DNA from: an uncultured archaeon
Lineage (GTDB): Archaea; Iainarchaeota; Iainarchaeia; Iainarchaeales; CSSED10-239
Direction of reading: 5' to 3'
Assembly: GCA_964586355.1 (NCBI GenBank)
Contig: CAZPGO010000019.1
Location: 1-32,000 of the forward strand
DNA length: 32,000 bases
Shown one piece after another: positions 16,683-24,954 of the stretch. Numbering within the stretch: position 1 is the first letter of the stretch; each line of letters starts with the position of its first letter. A program made the translations under genes and the position numbers. Below the pieces are notes generated by a model. It was given only the letters and a program-made list of their open reading frames with translations. It was not told where the DNA came from and made no database searches.

Positions 16683-17795
16683 ATGTTAAAGAAAATTGTT
16701 ATTTTTGGTTCAGATACTAGTTATGGAAAAATAGCTTTTGATTTTTTTTCAAAGTTTTCTGATTCTTATAAAATTGTTGGTCTTACTTTTTCTAGTGATA
16801 GTTCTTTATTTCTTAAGCAATTAAAAGCTACAAATTCACAATTTGCTATGGTTTCAGATGAAAAGATATGTAAAGAAATTGAATTAAAATTAAACACTCC
16901 AAATTGTTTTTTTTTCTCAAAAGAGAATTCTATTAATTTTGTAAAAAATTCTGATGCAGATATTTATGTGTTTACTGAGTCAAATACTAGTACTTTAAAA
17001 AACATTTTATCTATAATATATGATCAAAAAGATGTTGTTTTAATGTCTGTTGATCTAATTTTATTTTCTGGAAAAATTCTGAAATATGAAGCAAAATTAA
17101 AAGGCATTAATCTATATTCTATTACTTTACAAAACTATTCTTTAAATCAATTTTTAAAAGTTAGAAATATTAAAGAGTTGGACAAAATCATATTACTAAC
17201 ACAAAATAACAAATATACAAAAGAGGATGTAGAAGAATTTAAAAATCAAAAAAAAGATTTCTATAGATTTAAAAAATGTTTTTATAGTTTTACAAAATTT
17301 AATTTAGTACAACAATTATATTTAATAAATTATTTATATGATATTTCTCCAGAAAAATTTGACTATTTTAATCAAAGTAAGAATATTATAAGTCTCATTA
17401 CTGAGTTTTCGGATGGTAGTAATTTAATTAATACCACAAATAACGATATTTATCCAGTTTTATATTATTATTTTTGTAAAGACAAAGAAGGCTTTAAAGA
17501 TAAAAACTCTTTAATTTCAGGAGATAAAATAAATTTGTCCTTATCAAGATTAGATCTTTTAAAAGAGCCTTTTATTAAATTAGGTGTTGATTTTTTAAAA
17601 AAAGGCGGTTCTTTTCCAATTGTTTATTTTTTAGCTTTTGAAATTTTAACTGAAAAATATTGGAATAATAAAATTAAGTATAAGGATATCTTAAAAAAGT
17701 TAGAAACCCTTTATAATGATAAAAAGTATTATGTTACAAAACCAGATCTTAAAACAATAATTGCTCTTAAAAAAAAATTAGAAAATAATCTATAA
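16683..17795 (+). CDS. DXR-like protein (homologue of 1-deoxy-D-xylulose-5-phosphate reductoisomerase) with substituted cofactor and metal-binding motifs; probable pseudoenzyme or neofunctionalised enzyme
   Basis: Collinear over its full length with E. coli Dxr as I recall it. 'KKIVIFGSDTSYGKIAFDFF...YKIVGLTF' matches 'LTILGSTGSIGCSTLDVV...FRVVALVA'. 'LYSITLQNYSLNQFL' matches 'LLPVDSEHNAIFQSL'. 'KIILLTQNNKY' matches 'SILLTGSGGPF'. 'NQSKNIISLITEFSDGSNLINTTNNDIYPV' matches '[30 protein letters not shown]'. The length is similar (370 vs ~398 aa). Confidence 0.6.
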   Translation: MLKKIVIFGSDTSYGKIAFDFFSKFSDSYKIVGLTFSSDSSLFLKQLKATNSQFAMVSDEKICKEIELKLNTPNCFFFSKENSINFVKNSDADIYVFTESNTSTLKNILSIIYDQKDVVLMSVDLILFSGKILKYEAKLKGINLYSITLQNYSLNQFLKVRNIKELDKIILLTQNNKYTKEDVEEFKNQKKDFYRFKKCFYSFTKFNLVQQLYLINYLYDISPEKFDYFNQSKNIISLITEFSDGSNLINTTNNDIYPVLYYYFCKDKEGFKDKNSLISGDKINLSLSRLDLLKEPFIKLGVDFLKKGGSFPIVYFLAFEILTEKYWNNKIKYKDILKKLETLYNDKKYYVTKPDLKTIIALKKKLENNL

Positions 17796-18620
17796 TTTTA
17801 TTTCTTTAAGATCTTCTGTTAAAACTATTTTTGAATTGCTTTTTTCTAAGGCTTGTTCTAGCATTTTTTTTGTTTTTAGAGAATTATTAATCTCTTCTAT
17901 GGCGTATTTAGGAATTACATGACCAAAACAATATTTATTTTTTAAATTTATTTGGTATTTAAAAAATTGCGTACAATAATGAGATCCACCATAACCAACG
18001 GCTTCTGTCCAATTGTTTTCTTTTTTTATTTTTTCTTTATTATAATATTTTAAGATTTCAATAATATTTTCAGCAATAAAGTTGATCCCTCTTAGATCGT
18101 TCCATTCTTCTAAACTAGATCCAATTTCTACAAAGATACTAGAGTATTCTATATAGGGTCCATGGTGTGTGGCTTCTTGTTTTGTTTTATATTTTTTAAA
18201 TTCTTTATTTTTTATATTTATTTTTAGTATTATCTCTCTTAATAAGATTGGATCAGTTTTACATAAAAAACCAGGTTTTCCACCAAAATCCGCAGAGCCC
18301 CAATTACCGATTGCATGAGCTGAAAAAGATTTTTCTTTGTTTTTTGAGGTTGTTGAATGTTTGCTTAAAAAAATTACTTGCTCTATATTTTTTTCTAGAC
18401 ATTCTATCTTTTTATTAACTTCTTCTTCTGTTAGGTATATATGTAATTTCTCAAAATAGATCAAGAATATATCATTTATTGCATAATCTCCTTTTTCTTT
18501 ATTTTCTTTAAGATAATAAACCTTTTCTTCTATCTCTTCAAAATTATATTTATTAATTAAGCAATCAAAGAAATTATTTGAAGCAACATCCTCTTTTGAG
18601 CAAATAATTACAATATTCAT
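17790..18620 (-). CDS. dtdA: D-aminoacyl-tRNA deacylase, archaeal type (DTD2/DtdA)
   Basis: 'FLSKHSTTS', 'ATHHGPY', 'FVEIGSSLEEWND' and 'GYGGSHYCTQF' fit the recalled DTD2 motifs (S(R/K)HSS, THHGP, EIGS.E.EW, GGGHY). I moved the start from TTG 18638 to ATG 18620 ('MNIVIICSKEDVAS', a typical family N-terminus). The 3' end overlaps the convergent DXR-like ORF by 6 nt. Confidence 0.8.
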   Translation of the reverse strand: MNIVIICSKEDVASNNFFDCLINKYNFEEIEEKVYYLKENKEKGDYAINDIFLIYFEKLHIYLTEEEVNKKIECLEKNIEQVIFLSKHSTTSKNKEKSFSAHAIGNWGSADFGGKPGFLCKTDPILLREIILKINIKNKEFKKYKTKQEATHHGPYIEYSSIFVEIGSSLEEWNDLRGINFIAENIIEILKYYNKEKIKKENNWTEAVGYGGSHYCTQFFKYQINLKNKYCFGHVIPKYAIEEINNSLKTKKMLEQALEKSNSKIVLTEDLKEIKL

Positions 18621-18642
18621 AATATATTTTAGGTTCAACAGA

Positions 18643-18651
18643 TTTATAAAA
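18643..18651 (-). promoter_or_regulatory. TATA-box candidate for dtdA (TTTTATAAA on the minus strand)
   Basis: It is centred about 27 nt upstream of ATG 18620, the spacing expected for a leaderless or very short-leader archaeal transcript. No SD precedes that ATG. Confidence 0.35.
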
Positions 18652-18764
18652 TCTAATTTTCTTTAACCTTTATAATCTTTTCTAAAAAACAAATAGATTT
18701 ATAACAATTTATTATAACCATATTTATTAGAAAGTAAATTTAACTTAAAAGAGGTTGATAGAAT

Positions 18765-19118
18765 ATGATAAAGATCTTTACTAAACTTTATCCCTATAGA
18801 CTAAATATAAAATCTAAAGAACCAGTTGATTTGGAAATAAAATTAAAAAACTTAAGTGCTTCTGCTAAACAAATAAGTATAGAACTAATTCCAGATTCTG
18901 ATTTGTCATTTGAAAAAACAGGTTCTAAAAGAAATGAGTATAAAAGACTTGGAGTTATTAAGAGTAATGAATCTATAAATTTACACTATAGTGTTTACCC
19001 ATTTACAGGTATAGTTCCAGGAAAACATTTTATTAAAATAATAGTTGGTGAACATACCGCTGATTATAATGTTGTTAATGAAAGTTATGAGGCTATGGTG
19101 TTAGTAAATACAGTATAA
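18765..19118 (+). CDS. Hypothetical protein (117 aa), possibly a small beta-sandwich
   Basis: GAGGT SD lies 9 nt upstream. The gene ends 11 nt before glyA, so it is probably co-transcribed. 'VDLEIKLKNLSASAKQISIELIP' has alternating beta-strand-like patterns. No family recognised. Confidence 0.45.
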   Translation: MIKIFTKLYPYRLNIKSKEPVDLEIKLKNLSASAKQISIELIPDSDLSFEKTGSKRNEYKRLGVIKSNESINLHYSVYPFTGIVPGKHFIKIIVGEHTADYNVVNESYEAMVLVNTV

Positions 19119-19129
19119 AAGGTTTTTTT

Positions 19130-20347
19130 ATGAATTACAAAGAAGAGATTTTAAGTTTTATAGATCTGGAAAAAAAAAGGCAAGAAAACACCGTAGAATT
19201 AATAGCTTCTGAGAATTTTTGTTCTAAAGATATAAGAAATGTATGCGGTTCTATTCTAACAAACAAATATGCAGAAGGATATCCAAAAAAAAGATATTAT
19301 TCTGGTTGTGAGTTTGTGGATGAAATAGAGCAAAGAGCAATAGATCTTGCAAAAAAGCTATTTAAAAGTGATTTTGCTAATGTTCAACCTCATTCTGGAT
19401 CAAATGCAAACATAATTTCTTTTTTTTCAGTACTTAATCCAAAAGATAAGATATTTGGTATGTCTTTAGATGCTGGGGGACATCTAACTCATGGTTTTAA
19501 ATTAAATGCTTCTGGTATAAATTATGAAGCTTATCAATATGGCTGTGATGAAAATGGTTTTCTGGATTATGATCAAATACTAAAAGAAGCACAAGAGATT
19601 AACCCAAAATTAATAATTTGTGGAGCATCAGCTTACCCTAGAAAAATAGATTTTAAAAAATTTAGAGAGATTGCTGATTCTTGTGATGCCTATTTAATGG
19701 CAGATATGGCCCATATTGCTGGGCTTGTTGCTACTGGTCTTCAGGATTCTCCTGTGCCTTATGCAGATATTGTAACATCTACTACCCACAAAACCTTAAG
19801 AGGTCCAAGAGGTGGGTTTATTCTTGCAAAAGAAGTTCTAGAATCTAATATAAATAGAGGTCTTTTTCCTGGTTTTCAAGGAGGCCCCTTAGAACATATT
19901 ATTGCTGGCAAAGCCATTTGTTTTGCTGAAGCCCTAGAGCCCTCTTTTTTAGAATATCAAAAGCAGGTTTTAAAAAATGCAAAAATATTAGAAGAAGAGC
20001 TGCTTAATTATGGTTTTGATCTAGTTACTGGTGGAACAGATAATCATCTTTTGTTATTAGATCTTAGAAAAAAAGAAATCTCTGGAAAAAAGGCACAAAT
20101 ACTTTTAGAATCTGCTGGAATATCAGTAAACAAGAATGCAATTTCTAATGATCCAAAACCTCCTGCAATAACCAGTGGAATAAGAATAGGCACTCCTGCA
20201 ATTACTACTAGAGGATGTAAAGAGGAAGAAATGAGAGTTATTGCAAAATATATTTGTGATGTTTTATCTAATCCGACTGATGAGAGGCTACATAATAAAA
20301 TAAAAACAGAAATTTCAAATATGTTAATAAATTTTCCTTTACCATAA
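19130..20347 (+). CDS. glyA: Serine hydroxymethyltransferase
   Basis: 'ELIASENF', 'YAEGYPKKRYYSGCE', 'VQPHSGSNAN' and the PLP-lysine motif 'VTSTTHKTLRGPRGG'. Confidence 0.95.
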   Translation: MNYKEEILSFIDLEKKRQENTVELIASENFCSKDIRNVCGSILTNKYAEGYPKKRYYSGCEFVDEIEQRAIDLAKKLFKSDFANVQPHSGSNANIISFFSVLNPKDKIFGMSLDAGGHLTHGFKLNASGINYEAYQYGCDENGFLDYDQILKEAQEINPKLIICGASAYPRKIDFKKFREIADSCDAYLMADMAHIAGLVATGLQDSPVPYADIVTSTTHKTLRGPRGGFILAKEVLESNINRGLFPGFQGGPLEHIIAGKAICFAEALEPSFLEYQKQVLKNAKILEEELLNYGFDLVTGGTDNHLLLLDLRKKEISGKKAQILLESAGISVNKNAISNDPKPPAITSGIRIGTPAITTRGCKEEEMRVIAKYICDVLSNPTDERLHNKIKTEISNMLINFPLP

Positions 20348-20359
20348 AATTGATTTTTA

Positions 20360-21052
20360 ATGAGCATATTTTCTAAAAATAAACAAAAGTATTCTGAAGT
20401 TGTGTTACTTGTTCATCCATTATATAACGTCCTATATAATTTGATTGAAAATAATACGTTTATAGAAAGTGTTTCTTCTGTAGAAGAACTATTTATTACT
20501 CTTAAAAAAGACAAAAAATTAAATGTTCAACTTAAAAAGTCTTTAGCTGCTTATGGAAAAAAGATCTTAGAATATAAAGATAAACCGAACACTGTTTTTA
20601 TTCTTGTTGAAGCTTTGCCTACAAGACCAGTATTATCAACAAATGAATTTGTATATAAGCAAATGTTGGATAAATTTGTTGCTTTTGGTAAAAAACATCT
20701 TAAAGAAAGATTTGTTATAACCTCTTCAAATCCAATAATTGGTGAAATAGATTCCAGATTAAGGAAAAAATTGGTTCCAAGATCTGTTTTAAAAAAATTA
20801 AAACCTAGTGTCTCAATTTCTGCTTTTGGGGAATATGCTGATAAGGGCAACTGTGTTAGAACTTGGAGTGCTTTTTTAGTGTCTATCTTAAGAGCTAATA
20901 AGATTAAGATAAATAATATTGAGATAATTAATGAAATATCTTTATTTAAAAAAAGCTTTTCTGGAAAAAAGCTAAATGATAGACTAGATTTTGGTCATTC
21001 TAGAAGAGCAGCTCAAAAAAGAAAGAAAAAAATAAATATTAGACGAAAATAA
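20360..21052 (+). CDS. Hypothetical protein (230 aa) with a basic C-terminal tail, between glyA and the thyX-like gene
   Basis: Long open frame with 12- and 15-nt gaps to its neighbours, which implies an operon. No motif I can assign. Confidence 0.45.
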   Translation: MSIFSKNKQKYSEVVLLVHPLYNVLYNLIENNTFIESVSSVEELFITLKKDKKLNVQLKKSLAAYGKKILEYKDKPNTVFILVEALPTRPVLSTNEFVYKQMLDKFVAFGKKHLKERFVITSSNPIIGEIDSRLRKKLVPRSVLKKLKPSVSISAFGEYADKGNCVRTWSAFLVSILRANKIKINNIEIINEISLFKKSFSGKKLNDRLDFGHSRRAAQKRKKKINIRRK

Positions 21053-21067
21053 GGGAGATGGAAATAA

Positions 21068-22591
21068 ATGAATGAATTTAAAAGAAAAATAAAGTTGCTA
21101 GATCATATTGTTTTAGAAGTAATAGAAAAAGAAAAAATACCATTAGTAGTATCCAATCAAAACTTTGCAGAAGCACACTCCAGAACTGTTGCAAGACTTA
21201 GTCAGAGTGCAAAATCTTTTGAGCAAATAGTAAAAGAGATATTAACAGATGAGGGATTTGATAAAGAAAAGATTGGCAAATTCCATAAAGGAATAACTTT
21301 AGGAGTAGCACATCATTCTATAGAACAACATGGAAATGTTACTTTGTGTTTTGAAAACACAAGTATGCTTGTAACAAACAAATATTGTGAAAATAAAAGA
21401 CTTGCTGCATACCTAGAAAAGTCTACAAGATATCAGGATTTTTCTAAGCCTTGTTATATTATTCCTAAGGAGTTTGATTTGCATGAAAATAGCGATCTTA
21501 AAAAAGAGTATGTTGAAACAATGGATTTTTTGTTTAGTACCTATGCAATAATTTTGCCAAAAATAATTTCAAGAATAGAAAAGGAGTTAGAAAATAAGAA
21601 TATTACTTTAGATCCAAAAAGTATTAGAAAAAAAGCATTTGATTCTGCAAGATATATATTGCCAGCAAGTGCTTATACCAATTTTGCAATTACTACAAAT
21701 TCTCAGGTATTTAGATCTTTAATAGTAGATCTTTTATCAAATAATATTACTGAATTTAATGAGATCGGAAAAGAAATGCAACAAGAACTAATTAAAGTAT
21801 ATCCAACACTTTTGGAAATGGAGACTTGTGTTATTAATAAAGAAAGAGAGAGGTTTAAAGATTCTTCTAGCAAAATAAATCCAATATCTTTAAATCCAAA
21901 TAATAACAGTAATTTGAAGATAGATGATTTTGTTTTTGAAAATATAGAAAATACAGTAAAAATTATAGAACACACAAGACACTCAGAAAAACTTTTAGTA
22001 TATAATTATCTTTTAGATCTTGGGCATAGTGTTGATTATAGAGAAAATGAGGTCTTTTTAAATAATAATATTTTATCTAAAAAAGATTTAGAAAAATACC
22101 TAAAAGAAGCCTTTAACTTTGATTGTACCGGTTATAGACCACATAGGGCTTTAGAGCTTGCAAACTATACCTTTGAAGGTATTGTTGATTTTGGTGCTTG
22201 GAGAGATCTTCATAGAAATAGAATGCTTACTTGGATAAGTAGTTTTGTTTCTCCAGAATATGGTTTTTCAATACCGGTGTTTTTGGAGGATTGTAGAGAA
22301 GAGTATCTTTTAGGTTTAAAAAAAGCCTATGGTTTTTGGACAAAATTAATTAAAAGAGGATTTTCTAAGGAATTTTGTCAATATGTATGTCCATTAGCAA
22401 CTAATGCTAAGATTTTGTATACCATAAATGCAAGAGAACTTGATCATGTAAGTAAAACCAGAACTACAGAACACGCACATTTTTCATATAGATCTTTTGT
22501 TAATCAGTGTGTGTGTGAGGCTGAAAAAATAAACCCTGAAATTATTAAGCATATTAAAAATTATTATAAAGAACCACATTCTTTTACATAA
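21068..22591 (+). CDS. thyX: Flavin-dependent thymidylate synthase family protein (ThyX-like), long form with two tandem ThyX-like lobes
   Basis: Lobe 1: 'HHSIEQHGNVTLCF...ENKRLAAYLEKSTRY' and 'ARYILPASAYTNFAITTNSQVFRSL'. Lobe 2: 'HRALELANYTFEGIVDFGAWRDLHRNRMLTWISSFVSPEY' and 'CPLATNAKILYTINARELDHVSKTRTTEHAHFSYR'. Both are compared with the recalled ThyX motifs (H..PFEH, RHR..S....S.RY, AR..LP....T....N.R.L..F..LR....AQ.EIR). GGGAGATGG SD upstream. Confidence 0.65.
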   Translation: MNEFKRKIKLLDHIVLEVIEKEKIPLVVSNQNFAEAHSRTVARLSQSAKSFEQIVKEILTDEGFDKEKIGKFHKGITLGVAHHSIEQHGNVTLCFENTSMLVTNKYCENKRLAAYLEKSTRYQDFSKPCYIIPKEFDLHENSDLKKEYVETMDFLFSTYAIILPKIISRIEKELENKNITLDPKSIRKKAFDSARYILPASAYTNFAITTNSQVFRSLIVDLLSNNITEFNEIGKEMQQELIKVYPTLLEMETCVINKERERFKDSSSKINPISLNPNNNSNLKIDDFVFENIENTVKIIEHTRHSEKLLVYNYLLDLGHSVDYRENEVFLNNNILSKKDLEKYLKEAFNFDCTGYRPHRALELANYTFEGIVDFGAWRDLHRNRMLTWISSFVSPEYGFSIPVFLEDCREEYLLGLKKAYGFWTKLIKRGFSKEFCQYVCPLATNAKILYTINARELDHVSKTRTTEHAHFSYRSFVNQCVCEAEKINPEIIKHIKNYYKEPHSFT

Positions 22592-22615
22592 AGATAAAAA
22601 TGGTGTGTTAAAAAA

Positions 22616-23377
22616 TTGAAACCTAAATCATCTCCTATAGTTTTTAGAAAATCTAAGGTACATGCTTTATCTTATACTAGGCCAGCTAGACAAAAAATAA
22701 GAGAACATCCAGAAATACTAAGAGAATTCTTAAAAATGGTTGCAACTCAACAAATTTCTGAGATTAAAACAGAAAAATTTTATATAAAAAGACTTCCTAT
22801 TAAAGAGAATAGATCTGATGCAGGATATCATACTAATCTTTATTCTTTAGATTTTTTTGTAAATGGTAAAGCAGAGAAATATTTTATAAAAGAGCTAGAT
22901 ATTAATGATTTTTTTAGATTGCAAAAAAATAAAAATTTAAGATATGATTTAGATATTAAAGCAAAAATAAAAGAAATGGGTGTTAGAGGATTTGGGGGAT
23001 CAGACGGGTTTTCTGAATCATTAGCTTTAAAAATAATTTCTGAATCTGGAGTAGTTGGTAGAAGGTTAGAGGTTGTTGATTCTGTGTTTTCTTATGTTGA
23101 CGCAATAAATAAAAAGAGTTTTATTTGTTATAAATATATGGATCTTAAAACAGTTAATGAATTGATCTTAGAAAATAAGATCTCATTCACAAAAAAAGAA
23201 TCTATTGAAAGGTTTTTGGCAAAAGTAGCAGCAAGAGTTGAGAGTTATTTGGAAAAAAACTATGCTAAATATGGTTTTAAAAAAGCACCACAGATTCTTG
23301 ATATTTCACCTCACAATGTTTTTTATGATCCTGTTAAAGATAAGCTTTATCTTTTTGATGCTTTGTTATTGTCTTAA
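22616..23377 (+). CDS. Hypothetical protein with a C-terminal kinase-like catalytic-loop/DFG-like motif pair (weak)
   Basis: TTG start; the first in-frame ATG is at codon 41. The C-terminus 'ILDISPHNVFYDPVKDKLYLFDALLLS*' resembles D(L/I).P.N...(10-12 aa)...DFG of RIO/Bud32/APH-type kinases. 'KYFIKEL' could supply the ATP-binding Lys. Confidence 0.4.
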   Translation: MKPKSSPIVFRKSKVHALSYTRPARQKIREHPEILREFLKMVATQQISEIKTEKFYIKRLPIKENRSDAGYHTNLYSLDFFVNGKAEKYFIKELDINDFFRLQKNKNLRYDLDIKAKIKEMGVRGFGGSDGFSESLALKIISESGVVGRRLEVVDSVFSYVDAINKKSFICYKYMDLKTVNELILENKISFTKKESIERFLAKVAARVESYLEKNYAKYGFKKAPQILDISPHNVFYDPVKDKLYLFDALLLS

Positions 23378-23401
23378 ATACTGTTTAAAAAGGAATATAT
23401 T

Positions 23402-24088
23402 ATGCCAAGAAATATAAAACAAAAACTAAAACCAATTACAAAGAGGATAGTTACCGGCATAGCTATAGGCGGGGTTACTTTAGGTAGCGGTATTGGTTAT
23501 AAAAAAATTACAGATAAAAAAGCTTTTTTAAATGCTGAGAAGAAAGCAAATGAACAAAAAACCTATAATCCTTTTTATGATAAGTTTTTATCACTAAAAG
23601 TTGAAGAATTTAATAGATCTGCAAAGCCTAATGAGATATTTTATTCTACTGGAAGAGAAATTTCTGTTTTAAGATTACCAAAAGGATTAACTAGGCCAAA
23701 GCTAGATCAGATCTATAATCTTTTGGCAGAAAAATCTAAAAAAGCTATATCTAAGATAATTGATCAAAAGGTAGAGGCTGTTAATAGGGAATTAAAAACA
23801 AATGCTGTTTTAAGAAAAAAAATTCTTTCCAGAGTAGGTGTTTTAGATTATAGAGTTTATCTTTTGTCTTTGCCTTTAGAAAAAGTAGAGCTAATTTTTA
23901 GAAAAGAGCTTAATTCTAATTTTTCTAAGGAAATAAGAAATATTTCTCCAGAAGTCTTAGATTCTTTAAAAAAAGATCTTAACAAAAGTCTTGAAGGCTC
24001 CATAGTTACAAGCTCTTTAGTTTTGTTTTTAACATCAGCAATTGCTGCACAATTATTTGGCAAAAAAAAAGAACTAGATTTTAGGTAG
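23402..24088 (+). CDS. Hypothetical membrane protein with one hydrophobic segment near each terminus
   Basis: 'IVTGIAIGGVTLGSGIGY' (N-terminal) and 'IVTSSLVLFLTSAIAAQLFG' (C-terminal) flank a charged, helix-rich middle. AGGA SD upstream. Confidence 0.45.
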   Translation: MPRNIKQKLKPITKRIVTGIAIGGVTLGSGIGYKKITDKKAFLNAEKKANEQKTYNPFYDKFLSLKVEEFNRSAKPNEIFYSTGREISVLRLPKGLTRPKLDQIYNLLAEKSKKAISKIIDQKVEAVNRELKTNAVLRKKILSRVGVLDYRVYLLSLPLEKVELIFRKELNSNFSKEIRNISPEVLDSLKKDLNKSLEGSIVTSSLVLFLTSAIAAQLFGKKKELDFR

Positions 24089-24175
24089 TTTTTTTAATTA
24101 AATGTAAGCTTTTTAAAGTTATATTTCTTCTATATTATTATAATTAGATTTGTCTATTTATAAAAGAGAAAAAAT

Positions 24176-24436
24176 ATGAAAAAAACAAAAAAAGAAATTG
24201 AAGAAAAAATACAAAAAATAAAACCATTTTTTGAACAACTAACTTTTTTTTTTATAGGTTTAATTTGGTTTATTGTTGTGGATTCTTTAGTTGTCCTAAA
24301 TACCATATTTAGATACACAGTATTAGTTTTATTTACTGGGTGGGCTTTTAGTTTATTATTACAAGAAGCATATATCTATAATTTATTTAGACCAATTATA
24401 CTAAATAAGAAATGGGACAAATTAGTTAAAAAATAG
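24176..24436 (+). CDS. Small membrane protein (86 aa, two hydrophobic segments)
   Basis: 'LTFFFIGLIWFIVVDSLVVL' and 'VLVLFTGWAFSLLL'. It ends 14 nt before pilin-like gene 1. Confidence 0.4.
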   Translation: MKKTKKEIEEKIQKIKPFFEQLTFFFIGLIWFIVVDSLVVLNTIFRYTVLVLFTGWAFSLLLQEAYIYNLFRPIILNKKWDKLVKK

Positions 24437-24450
24437 TTATGTGATTATTT

Positions 24451-24954
24451 GTGATTAAAAGAGCAGTTTCTCCAATAATTAGTGTGATTTTACTTATTTT
24501 GGTTGCTGTTATTTTAATAACAATGTTTTTGTTATGGGCAAAGGTAGAAATAAAAGAAGATCTTCAAAGCTCTAGTGATGCTTTAAGTCCTGCTAGTGAT
24601 ATTGATTGTCTAAATTATAGCTTATCAGTAGACTCTTGTTTGATTTACTCTTCTTCAAAAAAAGTTGAGGTTCTTTTAACAAATGCAACATCAATAAGAT
24701 ATTTTGATATCATGTTAACAATAGAAGCAGAGAACCTATCAGAAGCAAAAGAAAAATGGGTTGGTGTTTTTTCAAATGCATTATTTCCAGGACATAGCAA
24801 ATTATATAATACTGATACAAATTTCTTATTTACAAAAAAAGAGAATTTTACAAATCTAAATTTTAATGAGATCTCTAATATTATTTTAACTAATGGGGCT
24901 TGTAAAAGAGAGATCATTAATCTAATTAATATGTGTGAGATTATTAATGAATAA
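24451..24954 (+). CDS. Archaeal type IV pilin-like protein (class III signal peptide, Pilin_N/DUF1628 type), paralogue 1
   Basis: The N-terminus 'MIKRAVSPIISVILLILVAVILITMF' fits the recalled (K/R)(G/A)(V/L)SPVI..VL(L/M)(I/V)AITV motif. GTG start with GTGAT 6 nt upstream. Confidence 0.7.
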   Translation: MIKRAVSPIISVILLILVAVILITMFLLWAKVEIKEDLQSSSDALSPASDIDCLNYSLSVDSCLIYSSSKKVEVLLTNATSIRYFDIMLTIEAENLSEAKEKWVGVFSNALFPGHSKLYNTDTNFLFTKKENFTNLNFNEISNIILTNGACKREIINLINMCEIINE

